Origin: Hyalangium minutum
GTDB taxonomy: Bacteria; Myxococcota; Myxococcia; Myxococcales; Myxococcaceae
Reading direction: 5' to 3'
NCBI RefSeq assembly: GCF_000737315.1
Contig: NZ_JMCB01000006.1
Location: forward strand, 806,001-870,000
Length of the DNA: 64,000 nucleotides
Below, one piece after another: positions 47,201 to 56,175 of the stretch. The notes beneath the pieces were generated by a model that was not told where the DNA came from, made no database searches, and saw only the letters and a program-made list of their open reading frames with translations. Within the stretch, counting starts at the first letter, position 1. Each line of letters begins with the position of its first letter. Position numbers and translations under genes: made by a program.

Positions 47201-49342
47201 CTCCTCGAGGGGACGGATCTGCGCGGGGCCCGGCTCAAGGGCACAGCGTGGAGGATGCCCGCGCTGAGTGGGGAGCTCCCTCCCAGTAGAGAGCTGAGGC
47301 TGGCACGCTGGGGCAGCCGTCACGTGGACGGCGGGAGCGAGGTGCTCCTCGAGCCCGCCTTGCCAGGCTCGGTGAGTGAGCTGGCGGTCTCTTCGGATGG
47401 AACCCTGTTCGTGACCTGCGGAGGCCAGCACCCTGTCTTGTGGGACCTGGCCTCGGGGCGCCCATTGGTCACGTTCGTGGGCCACGCGGCGTGCGTGAAC
47501 AGTGTCGTGTTCGCTCCCAGCGGGAAGCTCCTCGCCTCGGCTTCGGATGATGGGACAGTGGGTGTGTGGGATGTCTCCACGGGAGCGCTTCTGCGGAGCC
47601 TTCGAGGCCATCAAGCCCCGCTATGGCAGGTCGCGTTCTCACCCGATGGGGGCCTCCTCGCATCTTGTTCGGTCGATGGGACAGCGCGTCTGTGGAATCC
47701 CAACACGGGAGAGCCTGTGTCGGTCATCTCCGCTCACGCTGAGAAAGTGTGGAGTGTGGCCTTCTCACCGGACGGTGAGCTGCTCGCGACAGGTTCGGAG
47801 GACCAGTCGATCCGCATCTGGCGGGTGGCGAGTGGAGCTCCAGTTCGTACGTTGGAGGGGCACACGAAGGCGGTCCGATCGCTTGTGTTCAACCCACGGG
47901 TCCCTCATCAGCTCATCAGCGGGTCCGGGGACTCGACGGTGAAGATCTGGGACCTGCAGGAAGACACGCCCCCCAGAGAGCTGCTGGCCGAGGATGCCAA
48001 TGTGATGCGCCTCGCGTGTAACGGGGTGAACGTGGCGGCCATCACCCTCCAGAGCGAGGTCCTCGTATGGGACGCGGCCTCGGGGACTCAGGTGGGCAGC
48101 GTGTATGGAGGGGGATTGGGGTTTGGGCTGGCGTTCGTGCCGGGAGAAGAAGGGCAGGTCGCTGTCGCCGCGAATCAAGGCATCTGGCTCGAGCGCCCAG
48201 CGGCTCCAGAGTCACGGGTGCAGCGGGTTCGCGGAGCGGCGGGCGTCTGCGTGAGCTTCCTGCCGGGAGGGCGGGTGGTGCTGGGGGGAGAAGCGGGAGG
48301 GGCGAGGGTCTGGGATACACGCACCGGGGCATCCCCCATGATGTTGCCCACGGCACAAGACGTGGTGGCGTCGCTCGCCGTGTCTCCCGATGCAACGGAG
48401 CTCTACACCTTCTCGACGGACGGAGTCATCCGGCTCTGGGACATCGAGGCGGGCAGACTGCTGAAGGTGGTGGAGAAGCTCGAGGATGTGGGCCGCCTCG
48501 CCCTCTCGCCTGACGGCGGGCGCTTGGCGCGGACAGACGGGCGTTCAGTCAGAATCTGGGACGTGCGCGCACCTCGCCCCAAAGCTCGCTTCGAGCTCAG
48601 TGGACTGGAGAGTTCCATCTGGGGGATCGCCTTCTCTCCGGACGGTCAGATCCTTGCTACGGCTTCCGCGGACAAGCTCGTGAGGCTCTGGGACGGCCAC
48701 ACCGGCACGGCGATCCGCTCCTTGGAGGGGCACACGGAGGACGTGTACGCCTTGGCTTTCTCTCCCAAGGCTTCGCTGCTGGCCAGTGTCGGCGGTGAAA
48801 AGACGGTCCGGGTATGGGACGTCGAGAAGGGAGAGGCTGCCTTCACCTTGGAAGGCCATGAAGATGGCCCCGTCAGCGCTGTCGCGTTCTCGCCCGATGG
48901 GAACCTGCTCATGAGCGGTGCATGGGACTTCACGGTCCGGGTCTGGAGCGTCCGGGAGCGAAAACAAGTGGCCGTGCTCGAAGGTCACGAGGGGGTTCTT
49001 GTCGGCGTGGCCTTCTCACCGGAAGGCGATCGCGTGGTGACGATCACCATGGGAGGGAGTGCGCGGCTCTGGGACACCCGGACATGGCGGCTCCTGGCCA
49101 CCTTCGTTTGGCTGGAGCCGGGCTGGGCCACGCTTGCGGGCTCCTATGCCCTCACTTCTCCAGAGGCGGACACCGGCAGGATCGCGGTCCGGGCCGGTGC
49201 GCTGCTGGCGCCACTGACGCTCTTCAAGGACCAATGCCTCCGTCCGGAGCTTGTCCAGGCTGTCTTGGCGGGGCAGCCGGTCGAACCCCTGAAGCTCGAG
49301 CTTGGCATGGCGAGCCGGGGACTTCACCCGCGCGATCCCTAA
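44246..49342 (+). CDS. NLR-like multidomain protein: ParA/MinD-like ATPase + Mrr-like REase + NACHT + pentapeptide repeats + about 14 WD40
   Basis: FYSFKGGVGRT and LLDSRTG; FEQRVEKLL..GADL..VVCK; GEAGTGKTS, LLLDGLDE, VLITSR, FEEFFYA; A(D/N)LRGA repeats; GH..WD repeats. Confidence 0.9.
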   Translation: MTAHVSTFYSFKGGVGRTLLLANVGVALARGHQRVLLWDLDLEAPGMHHIEGLKPRKPVAQGFLRWLMEWQQAEAAAAAPVPLEGHLLESFLALPYAVPEVPGLFVLPAYGERENFTGLYQQIDWHKFTVESPERGVALFQQLLDGLTGRLGYGHILLDSRTGITDLGGLLTAVLPHATVLVGNYSAQNTAGLLNVYRALQPAVAGKMPERRYGKLRRLLVASPVPLLETKQALEARRAVWNSQFETPPDETRVEIPFVERLLFGEELLVETAPQSPTARAYQEVAARLSELREERIQEEEAANLGDQLYPERARMRRMSGLEGFFDAGPSFEQRVEKLLRLLGYTVTRLEPQDSGADLQAQRKSGLLQERYRVVCKEIRRPLSLIEAQSLVKLLQPTGERSSENALMVVASGFSTAAIEFLQEARVLAFTLKDLERELFDFKPYLSRLRRSYEESTLARTYVPPKLKSLEVQGREAEALARGKAWARGESARLWLVVGEAGTGKTSFIQRLAYELAAAAEKDSDSPVPVTIPLKDFGGAVSLEGMLQEHMAARVGWRGDPAVLLHLLSVGRIVLLLDGLDELGVTEPSLLEEQLRQLARPTASEPEEPRGNRVLITSRAQHFRDERSAGLPARVSPLNTALGSVALALGAEVDELAGWDRQQLREFLVRSLGQEKAAQWDALLARIEARPELTSRPMLVEMLLPVASELSSYKGELSLGALFQLFIRHVLKSQGPLARMRLGRFLERLAHEARRDPRGRIHITKMIRLIGVPLRSTARQEASRLEPELSALPFLTRELGEYYQFKFKLFEEFFYARHLWNAAHRQRLAHALDAPPLTSDGAVFLVDLAASEDVEVLRSGVRQVLSGSYSPRISENALRLAYEWSCGTAGGANQSSQQEMRWFMPPQAHLEGADLRGARLAWAWLEGARLVETRLDGADLTAANLRGVEGHRLQARVSILDGADLGRAQLREADFSGSTAFHHAPLLEGTDLRGARLKGTAWRMPALSGELPPSRELRLARWGSRHVDGGSEVLLEPALPGSVSELAVSSDGTLFVTCGGQHPVLWDLASGRPLVTFVGHAACVNSVVFAPSGKLLASASDDGTVGVWDVSTGALLRSLRGHQAPLWQVAFSPDGGLLASCSVDGTARLWNPNTGEPVSVISAHAEKVWSVAFSPDGELLATGSEDQSIRIWRVASGAPVRTLEGHTKAVRSLVFNPRVPHQLISGSGDSTVKIWDLQEDTPPRELLAEDANVMRLACNGVNVAAITLQSEVLVWDAASGTQVGSVYGGGLGFGLAFVPGEEGQVAVAANQGIWLERPAAPESRVQRVRGAAGVCVSFLPGGRVVLGGEAGGARVWDTRTGASPMMLPTAQDVVASLAVSPDATELYTFSTDGVIRLWDIEAGRLLKVVEKLEDVGRLALSPDGGRLARTDGRSVRIWDVRAPRPKARFELSGLESSIWGIAFSPDGQILATASADKLVRLWDGHTGTAIRSLEGHTEDVYALAFSPKASLLASVGGEKTVRVWDVEKGEAAFTLEGHEDGPVSAVAFSPDGNLLMSGAWDFTVRVWSVRERKQVAVLEGHEGVLVGVAFSPEGDRVVTITMGGSARLWDTRTWRLLATFVWLEPGWATLAGSYALTSPEADTGRIAVRAGALLAPLTLFKDQCLRPELVQAVLAGQPVEPLKLELGMASRGLHPRDP

Positions 49343-49382
49343 GCGAGGAGCTGGCGTTACCCCCAGCTCGGCCGGGACGTGC

Positions 49383-51176
49383 TCAGCCCCGGAGGCGCTC
49401 GTGTCCCGCGCTGCAGCCCGTGCGCAAGAAGTTCTGCGCGGTGGTGATCAGCGCGAGGTGGCTGAAGGCCTGAGGGAAGTTGCCCACCAGCCGGTGGGAC
49501 TCCACGTCGTACTCTTCGGACAGCAGCCCCACGTCGTTGCACAGCCCCAGCAACCGCTCGAAGAGCTCGCAGGCCTCCTGGTGGCGGCCGAGCAGCGCCT
49601 GGTTGTTCGCCAGCCAGAACGAGCACGCCAGGAACACGCCCTCGCCCGCGGGGAATCCGTCCTTCGTGCGGTCCGAGTCGTAGCGGTACACGAGGCCCTC
49701 GTGGAGCAGCTCGCGCTCGATGGCCTCCACCGTGCCTCGCACGCGGGGATCCTCCGGGGGCAAGAAGCCCACCAGCGGGATCATCAACAGGCTCGCGTCC
49801 AGCTCCCGCGAGCCATAGGCCTGCACGAAGGTGTTGAGCTTCGGATCAAAGCCCTTCTCGCACACCTGCGCGTGGATGCGGGAGCGCAGGGCGCGCCACT
49901 CGTCCAGCGGAGCCTCCAGGTGGTAGTCCTCGGCGCTCCTGAGCGCCTGGTCCACCGCCACCCATGCCATGATCTTCGAGTGCGTGAACTGCTGCCGTCC
50001 GCCCCGGATCTCCCAGATCCCCTCGTCTGGCAGCTCCCAGGACCGCTCGATGAAGCGCAGCAGGTGCCGCTGCAGATCCCACACCTCCTGCTCCGAGGGC
50101 AGACCGGCAACGCGGGCCTGGTGGAGGCAGGCCATCACCTCGCCGAAGATATCGAGCTGGAGCTGCTTCACCGCGTCGTTGCCGATGCGGACCGGATGGG
50201 AGTTCGCATAGCCCGGCAGCCAGGGCAGCACGGACTCCGGGAAGCGGCGCTCGCCCGCGACGCCGTACATGATCTGCAGCTCCTCGGGCTCTCCGGCCAC
50301 GGCGCGCAGCAGCCAGTCGCGCCAGGAGCGGGCCTCCTCGGTGTAGCCGGCCCGCAGCAGCGTCACCAGCGTGAGCGTGGCGTCGCGCAGCCAGCAATAG
50401 CGGTAGTCCCAGTTGCGCACGCCGCCCAGGTTCTCGGGGAGCGAGGTGGTGGGCGCGGCGACGATGCCCCCGGTCGGCGAGTACGTGAGGGCCTTCAAGG
50501 TGATGAGCGAGCGCAGCACCTGCTCGCGCCAGGGCCCCTGGTAGGTGCAGCGGTCCGACCACTCGCGCCACCAGGAGCACGTTCCCTCCAGGGCGGTGAA
50601 GGCCTCCACGGAGCGGGGCTGGCGCTGGTGGGAGGGGAACCAGGTGAGGATGATGGGGATCTGCTCGTGCTCGGCCACGGTGAAGTCCGAGAAGACGTGG
50701 CCGTTCTCCACGTGCATGGGCATGCGGGTGCGCAGCAGCGTGGCATCCGGGCCGGCCTTGGCGGAGACGCAGCAGAAGGTGGAGCGGATCCACGGGCTGC
50801 GATTGCCGTAGCCGAAGCGGGGCGAGGCCTCCATGTGGACGGGGACCCGGCCGCTCATGCCGCGGACGATGCGGACGATGTCCGGCGCCTCGTTGCGCGG
50901 CGGCATGAAGTCGATGAGGCGCACGGTGCCCTCGGCCGTCTCGAAGTCCGTCTCGAGCACGAGGGTGCCGGGCACGTAGCGGCGCCGCACCGAGCGCACG
51001 GGGATGGAGGGGGCGATGCACCAGCGGCCATGGCGCTCGTCGCCCAGCAGCGCCGCGAAGCAGGCATCCGAGTCGAAGCGGGGCCAGCACAGCCAGTCGA
51101 TGGAGCCATTCGTCCCGACGAGTGCCGCGCTGTAGGTGTCGCCAATCAGGGCATAGGCTTCGAGGGGCAGCGCCAT
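49383..51176 (-). CDS. Glycoside hydrolase family 15
   Basis: IDWLCWPRFDS, AAPTTSLPE, RNWDYRYCWLRD, GLLSEEYD, GNFPQAFSH. Confidence 0.94.
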   Translation of the reverse strand: MALPLEAYALIGDTYSAALVGTNGSIDWLCWPRFDSDACFAALLGDERHGRWCIAPSIPVRSVRRRYVPGTLVLETDFETAEGTVRLIDFMPPRNEAPDIVRIVRGMSGRVPVHMEASPRFGYGNRSPWIRSTFCCVSAKAGPDATLLRTRMPMHVENGHVFSDFTVAEHEQIPIILTWFPSHQRQPRSVEAFTALEGTCSWWREWSDRCTYQGPWREQVLRSLITLKALTYSPTGGIVAAPTTSLPENLGGVRNWDYRYCWLRDATLTLVTLLRAGYTEEARSWRDWLLRAVAGEPEELQIMYGVAGERRFPESVLPWLPGYANSHPVRIGNDAVKQLQLDIFGEVMACLHQARVAGLPSEQEVWDLQRHLLRFIERSWELPDEGIWEIRGGRQQFTHSKIMAWVAVDQALRSAEDYHLEAPLDEWRALRSRIHAQVCEKGFDPKLNTFVQAYGSRELDASLLMIPLVGFLPPEDPRVRGTVEAIERELLHEGLVYRYDSDRTKDGFPAGEGVFLACSFWLANNQALLGRHQEACELFERLLGLCNDVGLLSEEYDVESHRLVGNFPQAFSHLALITTAQNFLRTGCSAGHERLRG

Positions 51177-51196
51177 GTCTGAAAACTAGAGAGCCC

Positions 51197-51745
51197 TCAC
51201 GTGGAAGGCGGGAGAGGCGCGGAGTCCTGCCGCTCTCCGGGAGAGTGCCCCAGGGCGTGCTCAGCTCCTGGAGCCGTGAGCGGACGGGCGGCCGGCAAGG
51301 AATGGGAGGCGCGAGGGAGCGCCCACTCCGTCACGAGCCCGAAGAGGCACGTCTGTGCCAGGAGGAAAGCGCGCTCGGCGCGCGTCCAGGTGCGAGGCGG
51401 AGCCGTGACGTGGAGGGCGGGAAAGGAGAGGTGCTCGAAAGTCAGAACCCCCGCGCCCAGCAGCAGGCCCCTCAGGAGCGGAGAGGGGGGCAACCTCTCC
51501 CGGAGCCGGGCCCAGATGAGGCCGAGCACCGGGCCATAGGTGAAGCGCATGCCCAGGCTCCAGGCGAGGGCTCTGCGCGGAGGCACGGTGCGGCGAGTCA
51601 CCCGGTGCACGAGCTGGGCCGCGAGGCGGCGCGCGGAATAAGGAGGCGCGTGCCCCAGGGCGGCGTTGCGCAGCACGGCAAAGCCACCGAGGGCCAGGGT
51701 GCCCACGGCGCCAGCAGTCGCGCCTCGAAGCAGGGGAGCGCTCAT
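51197..51745 (-). CDS. Hypothetical membrane protein
   Basis: Multiple hydrophobic segments; overlaps upstream gene stop. Confidence 0.65.
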   Translation of the reverse strand: MSAPLLRGATAGAVGTLALGGFAVLRNAALGHAPPYSARRLAAQLVHRVTRRTVPPRRALAWSLGMRFTYGPVLGLIWARLRERLPPSPLLRGLLLGAGVLTFEHLSFPALHVTAPPRTWTRAERAFLLAQTCLFGLVTEWALPRASHSLPAARPLTAPGAEHALGHSPGERQDSAPLPPST

Positions 51746-52077
51746 GTCTTGATGAGGCGGCGGAAGCCACGGACCGTGGGCTGCGCCGTGGGCGCCAGCG
51801 ACGCGCAGATGATCAGCGCCCCGAGGACGATGTCATGCGCGGTGGGGAGCGCGTCACCGCCATAGCCGAGCAGGTTCGGCGCGAGCAGGAGCCACCCACC
51901 GAGCGCCACGTTCACGAAGCGCAGCGGGGGAGCGGACGAGGCCAGCAGGGACACGATGGCGACCGCCAGGCCCACCATGGCCGAGTTGAGGCGGGCCACC
52001 GGCTGGACGTAGTTGAAGACGAGGGGGGCGATGAAGAGCCAGACCCCCAGGACGAAGCTGAGCCAGCGAGTCCACAT
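51742..52077 (-). CDS. SPW-repeat membrane protein
   Basis: LGVWLFIAPLVFNY and LGGWLLLAPNLLGY repeats. Confidence 0.8.
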   Translation of the reverse strand: MWTRWLSFVLGVWLFIAPLVFNYVQPVARLNSAMVGLAVAIVSLLASSAPPLRFVNVALGGWLLLAPNLLGYGGDALPTAHDIVLGALIICASLAPTAQPTVRGFRRLIKT

Positions 52078-52181
52078 GTGACAGACCTCCTCGACAGCCG
52101 TCACACCCAAGGTGGGCAGTGCCCCGCGCCACCCGCAAGACGAGGAGGCGAGGAGCGGGCGCTCGGCATGCCGCTCGCTCC

Positions 52182-53117
52182 CTATCCCTTCATGAGGTTC
52201 TTCACGACGAACCACAAGTTGGCAGGGCGCTCGGCGAGCCGTCGCATGAAGTACGGGTACCAGAACCGCCCGTACGGCACGTAGATGCGCACCGGAAAGC
52301 CCGCCTTCGCCAGACGCACCTGCAAGTCCCGGCGGATGCCATACAGCATCTGAAACTCGAAGGCAGACTTCGGCAGCCGCTGTTTCGCCGCGTGGTCCAG
52401 CGTGGCGTCGATCATCCGCTCATCGTGCGTGGCGATACCGTGGTACACGCCGCTGTCGAGCAGCACGCGCATCACCCGGACGAAGTGGGCGTCCACGTCC
52501 TTCTTGTCCTGGTACGCCACCTCCGGGCCCTCCAGGTACGCGCCCTTGCACAGGCGGATGCGCACGCGCTCGGCGCACAGGGCCCGTGCGTCCGTCTCCG
52601 TGCGCCGCAGGTAGCTCTGCAGCACCGCGCCCACCCGCTCCTCCCCGAATTCGGAGTGAAGCTGGCGCACCGTGTCGAGCGTGGCCTGTGTCACCGCGCT
52701 CTGCTCCATGTCCACCCGCACGAAGGAGCCGCGCGCCGCCGCCTCCTTGACGATGGTCCGGGCGTTCTTCAGCGCCAGCGCCGGGTCGAACAGCAGCCCG
52801 CACTGCGTCAGCTTCAGAGACACATTGGCCTTCACCTCGAGGGCGTCCACGCGCGCCAGGAGCCGGCGGTACTCGCGCACCTCCTCCTGGGTCTCCGCCT
52901 CGTTGCGCACCGCTTCATTGAGGTGGTCGAAGCTGGCCATCAGCCCCTGGGCGTTGAGCTCCTTCACCGCCTCCACGGCCTCTTCCAGCGTCTCCCCGGC
53001 GATGAAGCGGCGGGCCAGCTCGCGCAGGGGACCGACACGTGTAGCGACCTCTTTCAAGCCGTCGCGGCGAGAGAGGAACAGCAGGGCAGAGCGGGACAGA
53101 GTCGTGGCAGCAGTCAT
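52182..53117 (-). CDS. Monofunctional proline dehydrogenase
   Basis: SLKLTQ, RVDMEQ, VLQSYL, RLCKGAY, IATHD, FQMLYGIR, YVPYG. Confidence 0.94.
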   Translation of the reverse strand: MTAATTLSRSALLFLSRRDGLKEVATRVGPLRELARRFIAGETLEEAVEAVKELNAQGLMASFDHLNEAVRNEAETQEEVREYRRLLARVDALEVKANVSLKLTQCGLLFDPALALKNARTIVKEAAARGSFVRVDMEQSAVTQATLDTVRQLHSEFGEERVGAVLQSYLRRTETDARALCAERVRIRLCKGAYLEGPEVAYQDKKDVDAHFVRVMRVLLDSGVYHGIATHDERMIDATLDHAAKQRLPKSAFEFQMLYGIRRDLQVRLAKAGFPVRIYVPYGRFWYPYFMRRLAERPANLWFVVKNLMKG

Positions 53118-53145
53118 GTTTGATAAATGAATCAGGCGTCAGGTC

Positions 53146-54006
53146 TCAGGACAGGTGTTGCAGCAGGAAGTCACCGGCAAAGGCATTGAAGGATTGCGCG
53201 TGGCTCATGTACGGCAGGTGGCTGGCCTTGCGGAGCACCTCCAGCCGAGCGCCGGGGATGCGGCGGGCCACGTCCCTCGCGTAGCGGAGCGGCACCAGGT
53301 GGTCTCTCGCGCCATGGATGAGCAGCGTGGGCACCTTCACCTGCTCCAGCGCGCCCAGGAAGTCCGCGTCCAGCACGTCCCGCAGCCGGCGCAGCAGCTC
53401 CATCGGAGAGATGCGGCGCGCCTCGCGGACGATCTCCGCGCGGCCCTCGGGGGGCAGCTCTCTGCCTCCGAGCACCCGCGCCACCGTGGGCGCGAAGAGA
53501 TAGGCGAAGGGCTTGGGCATGCGCACCAGCGTGGAGAGGCTCAGCGCCCAGCGCCGCACGCGGTGCACGCTGGCCACCGGTGACACCAGGACCAGCGCCT
53601 TCACGCGCTCCGGGTAGGCCAGCGTGAACGCCAGGGCCACGAGGCTGCCAAAGGACGAGCCCAGCAGCGCGAAGCGCTCGGGCAGCCGCGCGTCCGGGTG
53701 CGCCAGCGACGCCACGTTCCACTGCAGCGGCGTGTGCGTCATCGGCGTGCGCAGCGTGGGCGTCCACAGCTGGAGCCGCAGCTCCTCGGCCAGCGGCGCC
53801 ATGGGCGCGAAGGAGCGTCCCGAGGCCCCCAGCCCTGGCAGGCACACCACGGTGCGCGAGACATCCTCACTGCCGCCCGGGAAGGTGAAGAGGCGCACCG
53901 GCGCCCCTCGCACCCTGCGCTCCTCGAGCGCGAGCTCATAGCCCGGCTGAATCTCTTCAGGCTCCGGGACGAACCGGGGCCGTGCGGAGCTCGTGGCCTC
54001 AAGCAT
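53146..54006 (-). CDS. Alpha/beta hydrolase
   Basis: LPGLGAS, GSSFG nucleophile elbow, HGARD, ASHLP. Confidence 0.88.
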   Translation of the reverse strand: MLEATSSARPRFVPEPEEIQPGYELALEERRVRGAPVRLFTFPGGSEDVSRTVVCLPGLGASGRSFAPMAPLAEELRLQLWTPTLRTPMTHTPLQWNVASLAHPDARLPERFALLGSSFGSLVALAFTLAYPERVKALVLVSPVASVHRVRRWALSLSTLVRMPKPFAYLFAPTVARVLGGRELPPEGRAEIVREARRISPMELLRRLRDVLDADFLGALEQVKVPTLLIHGARDHLVPLRYARDVARRIPGARLEVLRKASHLPYMSHAQSFNAFAGDFLLQHLS

Positions 54007-54721
54007 GACACGCTCGCAGCAAGAGCCTGCGCACGCTGGCGGCCACCAAGTCCCTGAAGTCCTGCAGGCGGTGCTCGGGCGCATTCTCGGGCGGCGGCTC
54101 GTGCGGCTCGCCCACCGCGAAGGTGATGCGCACCGGCAGCGGCAATGGCCCCAAGCCCATCACCACCGGCATGCGGTACTTCTCCTGCTCGGAGATGCGC
54201 ACGCACCAGCGCTCCTCGTCCGAGGGATAGAAGAAGGTGTCATCCACGCCAAAGCCCGCAAACGGGACGATGGGCACCCCGGCCCGCGCCGCCAGCCGCA
54301 CGAAGCCCAGCGTCCGCTCCCAGCGCAGCGTGTAGCGCCCCTCCGAGCGCTTGAAGGTCTCCCAGGCACCCCCGGGGTAGCAGACCACCAGGTGCCCCTG
54401 GCGCAGCGACTCGAGCGCATTCTCCCGCGTGCCCTCCACGCCGCCCAGCCAGGGCAGCACCGTGCGGATCAGCGGGATGCGGAAGAAGCCGCGCTCGGCC
54501 AGCCCCAGCGGATAGCGGCCCGTGGCCTGGTGGAGCAGATGGAAGAAGGCCGGCGTCTCGTAGCCCCAGACGCCATGGTTGCCCACCAGGAGGACCGGTC
54601 CCCGGGAAGGGAGGTGCTCGGCACCCAACAGCCGGGCGCGGTGGTAGAGGGCCGACGCCCTGGCGCCCACCTCGGCCAGACGGAACACAGCGCGACGCGC
54701 GGTGGTGAACAAGGTCTCCAC
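53999..54721 (-). CDS. Lysophospholipid/glycerol acyltransferase (PlsC-like)
   Basis: LLVGNHG, CYPGGAWE, GFVRLAARAGVPIVP; start approximate. Confidence 0.85.
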   Translation of the reverse strand: METLFTTARRAVFRLAEVGARASALYHRARLLGAEHLPSRGPVLLVGNHGVWGYETPAFFHLLHQATGRYPLGLAERGFFRIPLIRTVLPWLGGVEGTRENALESLRQGHLVVCYPGGAWETFKRSEGRYTLRWERTLGFVRLAARAGVPIVPFAGFGVDDTFFYPSDEERWCVRISEQEKYRMPVVMGLGPLPLPVRITFAVGEPHEPPPENAPEHRLQDFRDLVAASVRRLLLRACHA

Positions 54722-54863
54722 GGGGAAGGAACATGGGGATGGAGGCTCAAGCTGGCAGCCCGTCCCTCCTTCGAATGAACCAGGCAGCCGGCCGGGCCCT
54801 CCTCTCCCGGCCCCCGGCGCCTTCAAGTTGTCCCCCAAGACAGGGATGCCGATGGTTGCCCTC

Positions 54864-55361
54864 ATGGGACCCTTCGACATCCTCACGGAGCAACACCGGG
54901 AGCTGGAGGAGCGCCTCTCGGCGCTCGACGCCGAGATGGATTCAGGCGAGGCCGAGACCCAAAGAGAGCGCTTTCAAGCCCTGGCGGACGCGCTCCGGGT
55001 ACACGCGCGGTTGGAGGAGCGCTACCTCTATCCTGTGATGGCCCGGGTCGAGGGCCGTGTCCGGGCCCGCGAGGAGGCCGAGGATCATCTGACCCTGCGC
55101 GAGCTCATCGAAGAGCTCGAGGAGCTCTCTCCGGGAGAGGACGAGTGGTGGGCTCGCTTCACCGCGCTGGAAGATTTGCTCGTGGCCCATGTTCAGGAAG
55201 AAGAGGCGGAGATCTTCCCCCGCCTCACCTCCGCTCTGGATCAGGAGGAGCAGACCGAACTGAGTCACTCCTTTCTCATGTTGAGAGAGGAACTCGCCCT
55301 CAGTCCGAGGACCGTGTCGGGCAGCGAGCGATTGTTCGAAGAGCCGCGATGGGACAGCTAG
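54864..55361 (+). CDS. Hemerythrin-domain protein
   Basis: LTEQHREL, HARLEE..LYP, EEAEDH, HVQEEE..IFP. Confidence 0.85.
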   Translation: MGPFDILTEQHRELEERLSALDAEMDSGEAETQRERFQALADALRVHARLEERYLYPVMARVEGRVRAREEAEDHLTLRELIEELEELSPGEDEWWARFTALEDLLVAHVQEEEAEIFPRLTSALDQEEQTELSHSFLMLREELALSPRTVSGSERLFEEPRWDS

Positions 55362-55367
55362 CATCGC

Positions 55368-55420
55368 GAAACAAAATTTTTGTAAAGAGAATCGACAATC
55401 TCTCTCTTGAGAAGTATTGA
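55368..55420 (+). promoter_or_regulatory. Putative sigma70-type vegA promoter with A/T-tract UP element
   Basis: AAACAAAATTTTTTGTAAA then TCGACA (55392)-17 bp-TATTGA (55415). Confidence 0.5.
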
Positions 55421-55496
55421 GGGCTTTCCCAAGCGTCCCCACGCTTGATTCAAGCATCACGCACACATTTCCACATATCAGAGAGGTACCCCTAGA

Positions 55497-56003
55497 ATGT
55501 CTGTCGACAAAGCGTTTCGCGAGATGATTCGCAATGAGATCGAGGTCCAGCTCAAGCCGCTGCGCGCAGTGATTTCGCGGATCGAGGCGGGGACAGCGGA
55601 TCTGGAGTCCCTGCGCAGCGTGGCGGAGCGGCTGGCCCCGGTGGCGGCGGCCATGGCGCCGCTGTTTGGCGCGCAGGTCGCGAAGCCTGGCAAGCGTGGC
55701 CCTGGGCGTCCGGCGAAGGTCGCCGCCCCCGCCCCCGTCGTGACGGGTGGCAAGCGCCGGGGCCGCAAGCCCTCGGCCGGTGGCGCCAGTGAGTGCGCTA
55801 TCATTGGTTGTGGTTCGCCCAGCCGCACCAAGGGCTATTGCGCGGCGCACTACCAGAAGCTGCGCATGCTGACGAAGACGAACCGCCGTCCGGACAGCTG
55901 GGTGGACTACGCCAAGCCCAACAGCGTCGAGGATCTGAAGCTGCCTCGCGGCCGTGCCGCTGCCAAGGCGCTGGCTCAGGCCAAAGAGGGCAGCTCTACC
56001 TGA
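55497..56003 (+). CDS. vegA: Vegetative protein VegA-like basic protein
   Basis: MSVDKAFREMIRNEIEVQLKPLR...CAIIGC..SRTKGYCAAHYQKLRML matches my recollection of Myxococcus VegA; GRP/GRKP motifs. Confidence 0.85.
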   Translation: MSVDKAFREMIRNEIEVQLKPLRAVISRIEAGTADLESLRSVAERLAPVAAAMAPLFGAQVAKPGKRGPGRPAKVAAPAPVVTGGKRRGRKPSAGGASECAIIGCGSPSRTKGYCAAHYQKLRMLTKTNRRPDSWVDYAKPNSVEDLKLPRGRAAAKALAQAKEGSST

Positions 56004-56175
56004 TACGTCTGTCGTAAGACATGAAACGTTGAGACAGTCCGTTTCTGGACTCAACCTCACCTCCGGCCCGGGGTGAGAGGTCCGGGACTGGGGGGCTTGT
56101 CTCAAGGTTTTCCAAGGCCGGGGATGCCACGGGGGAATACTCCGAGGCCCCCGGCCTTCGTGTTATGCCTTGCCC

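Noticed and set aside
56114-56158. 10-bp stem-loop before kynA as a Trp attenuator or riboswitch
   Set aside because: No Trp-rich leader peptide or recognisable aptamer; may be the vegA terminator
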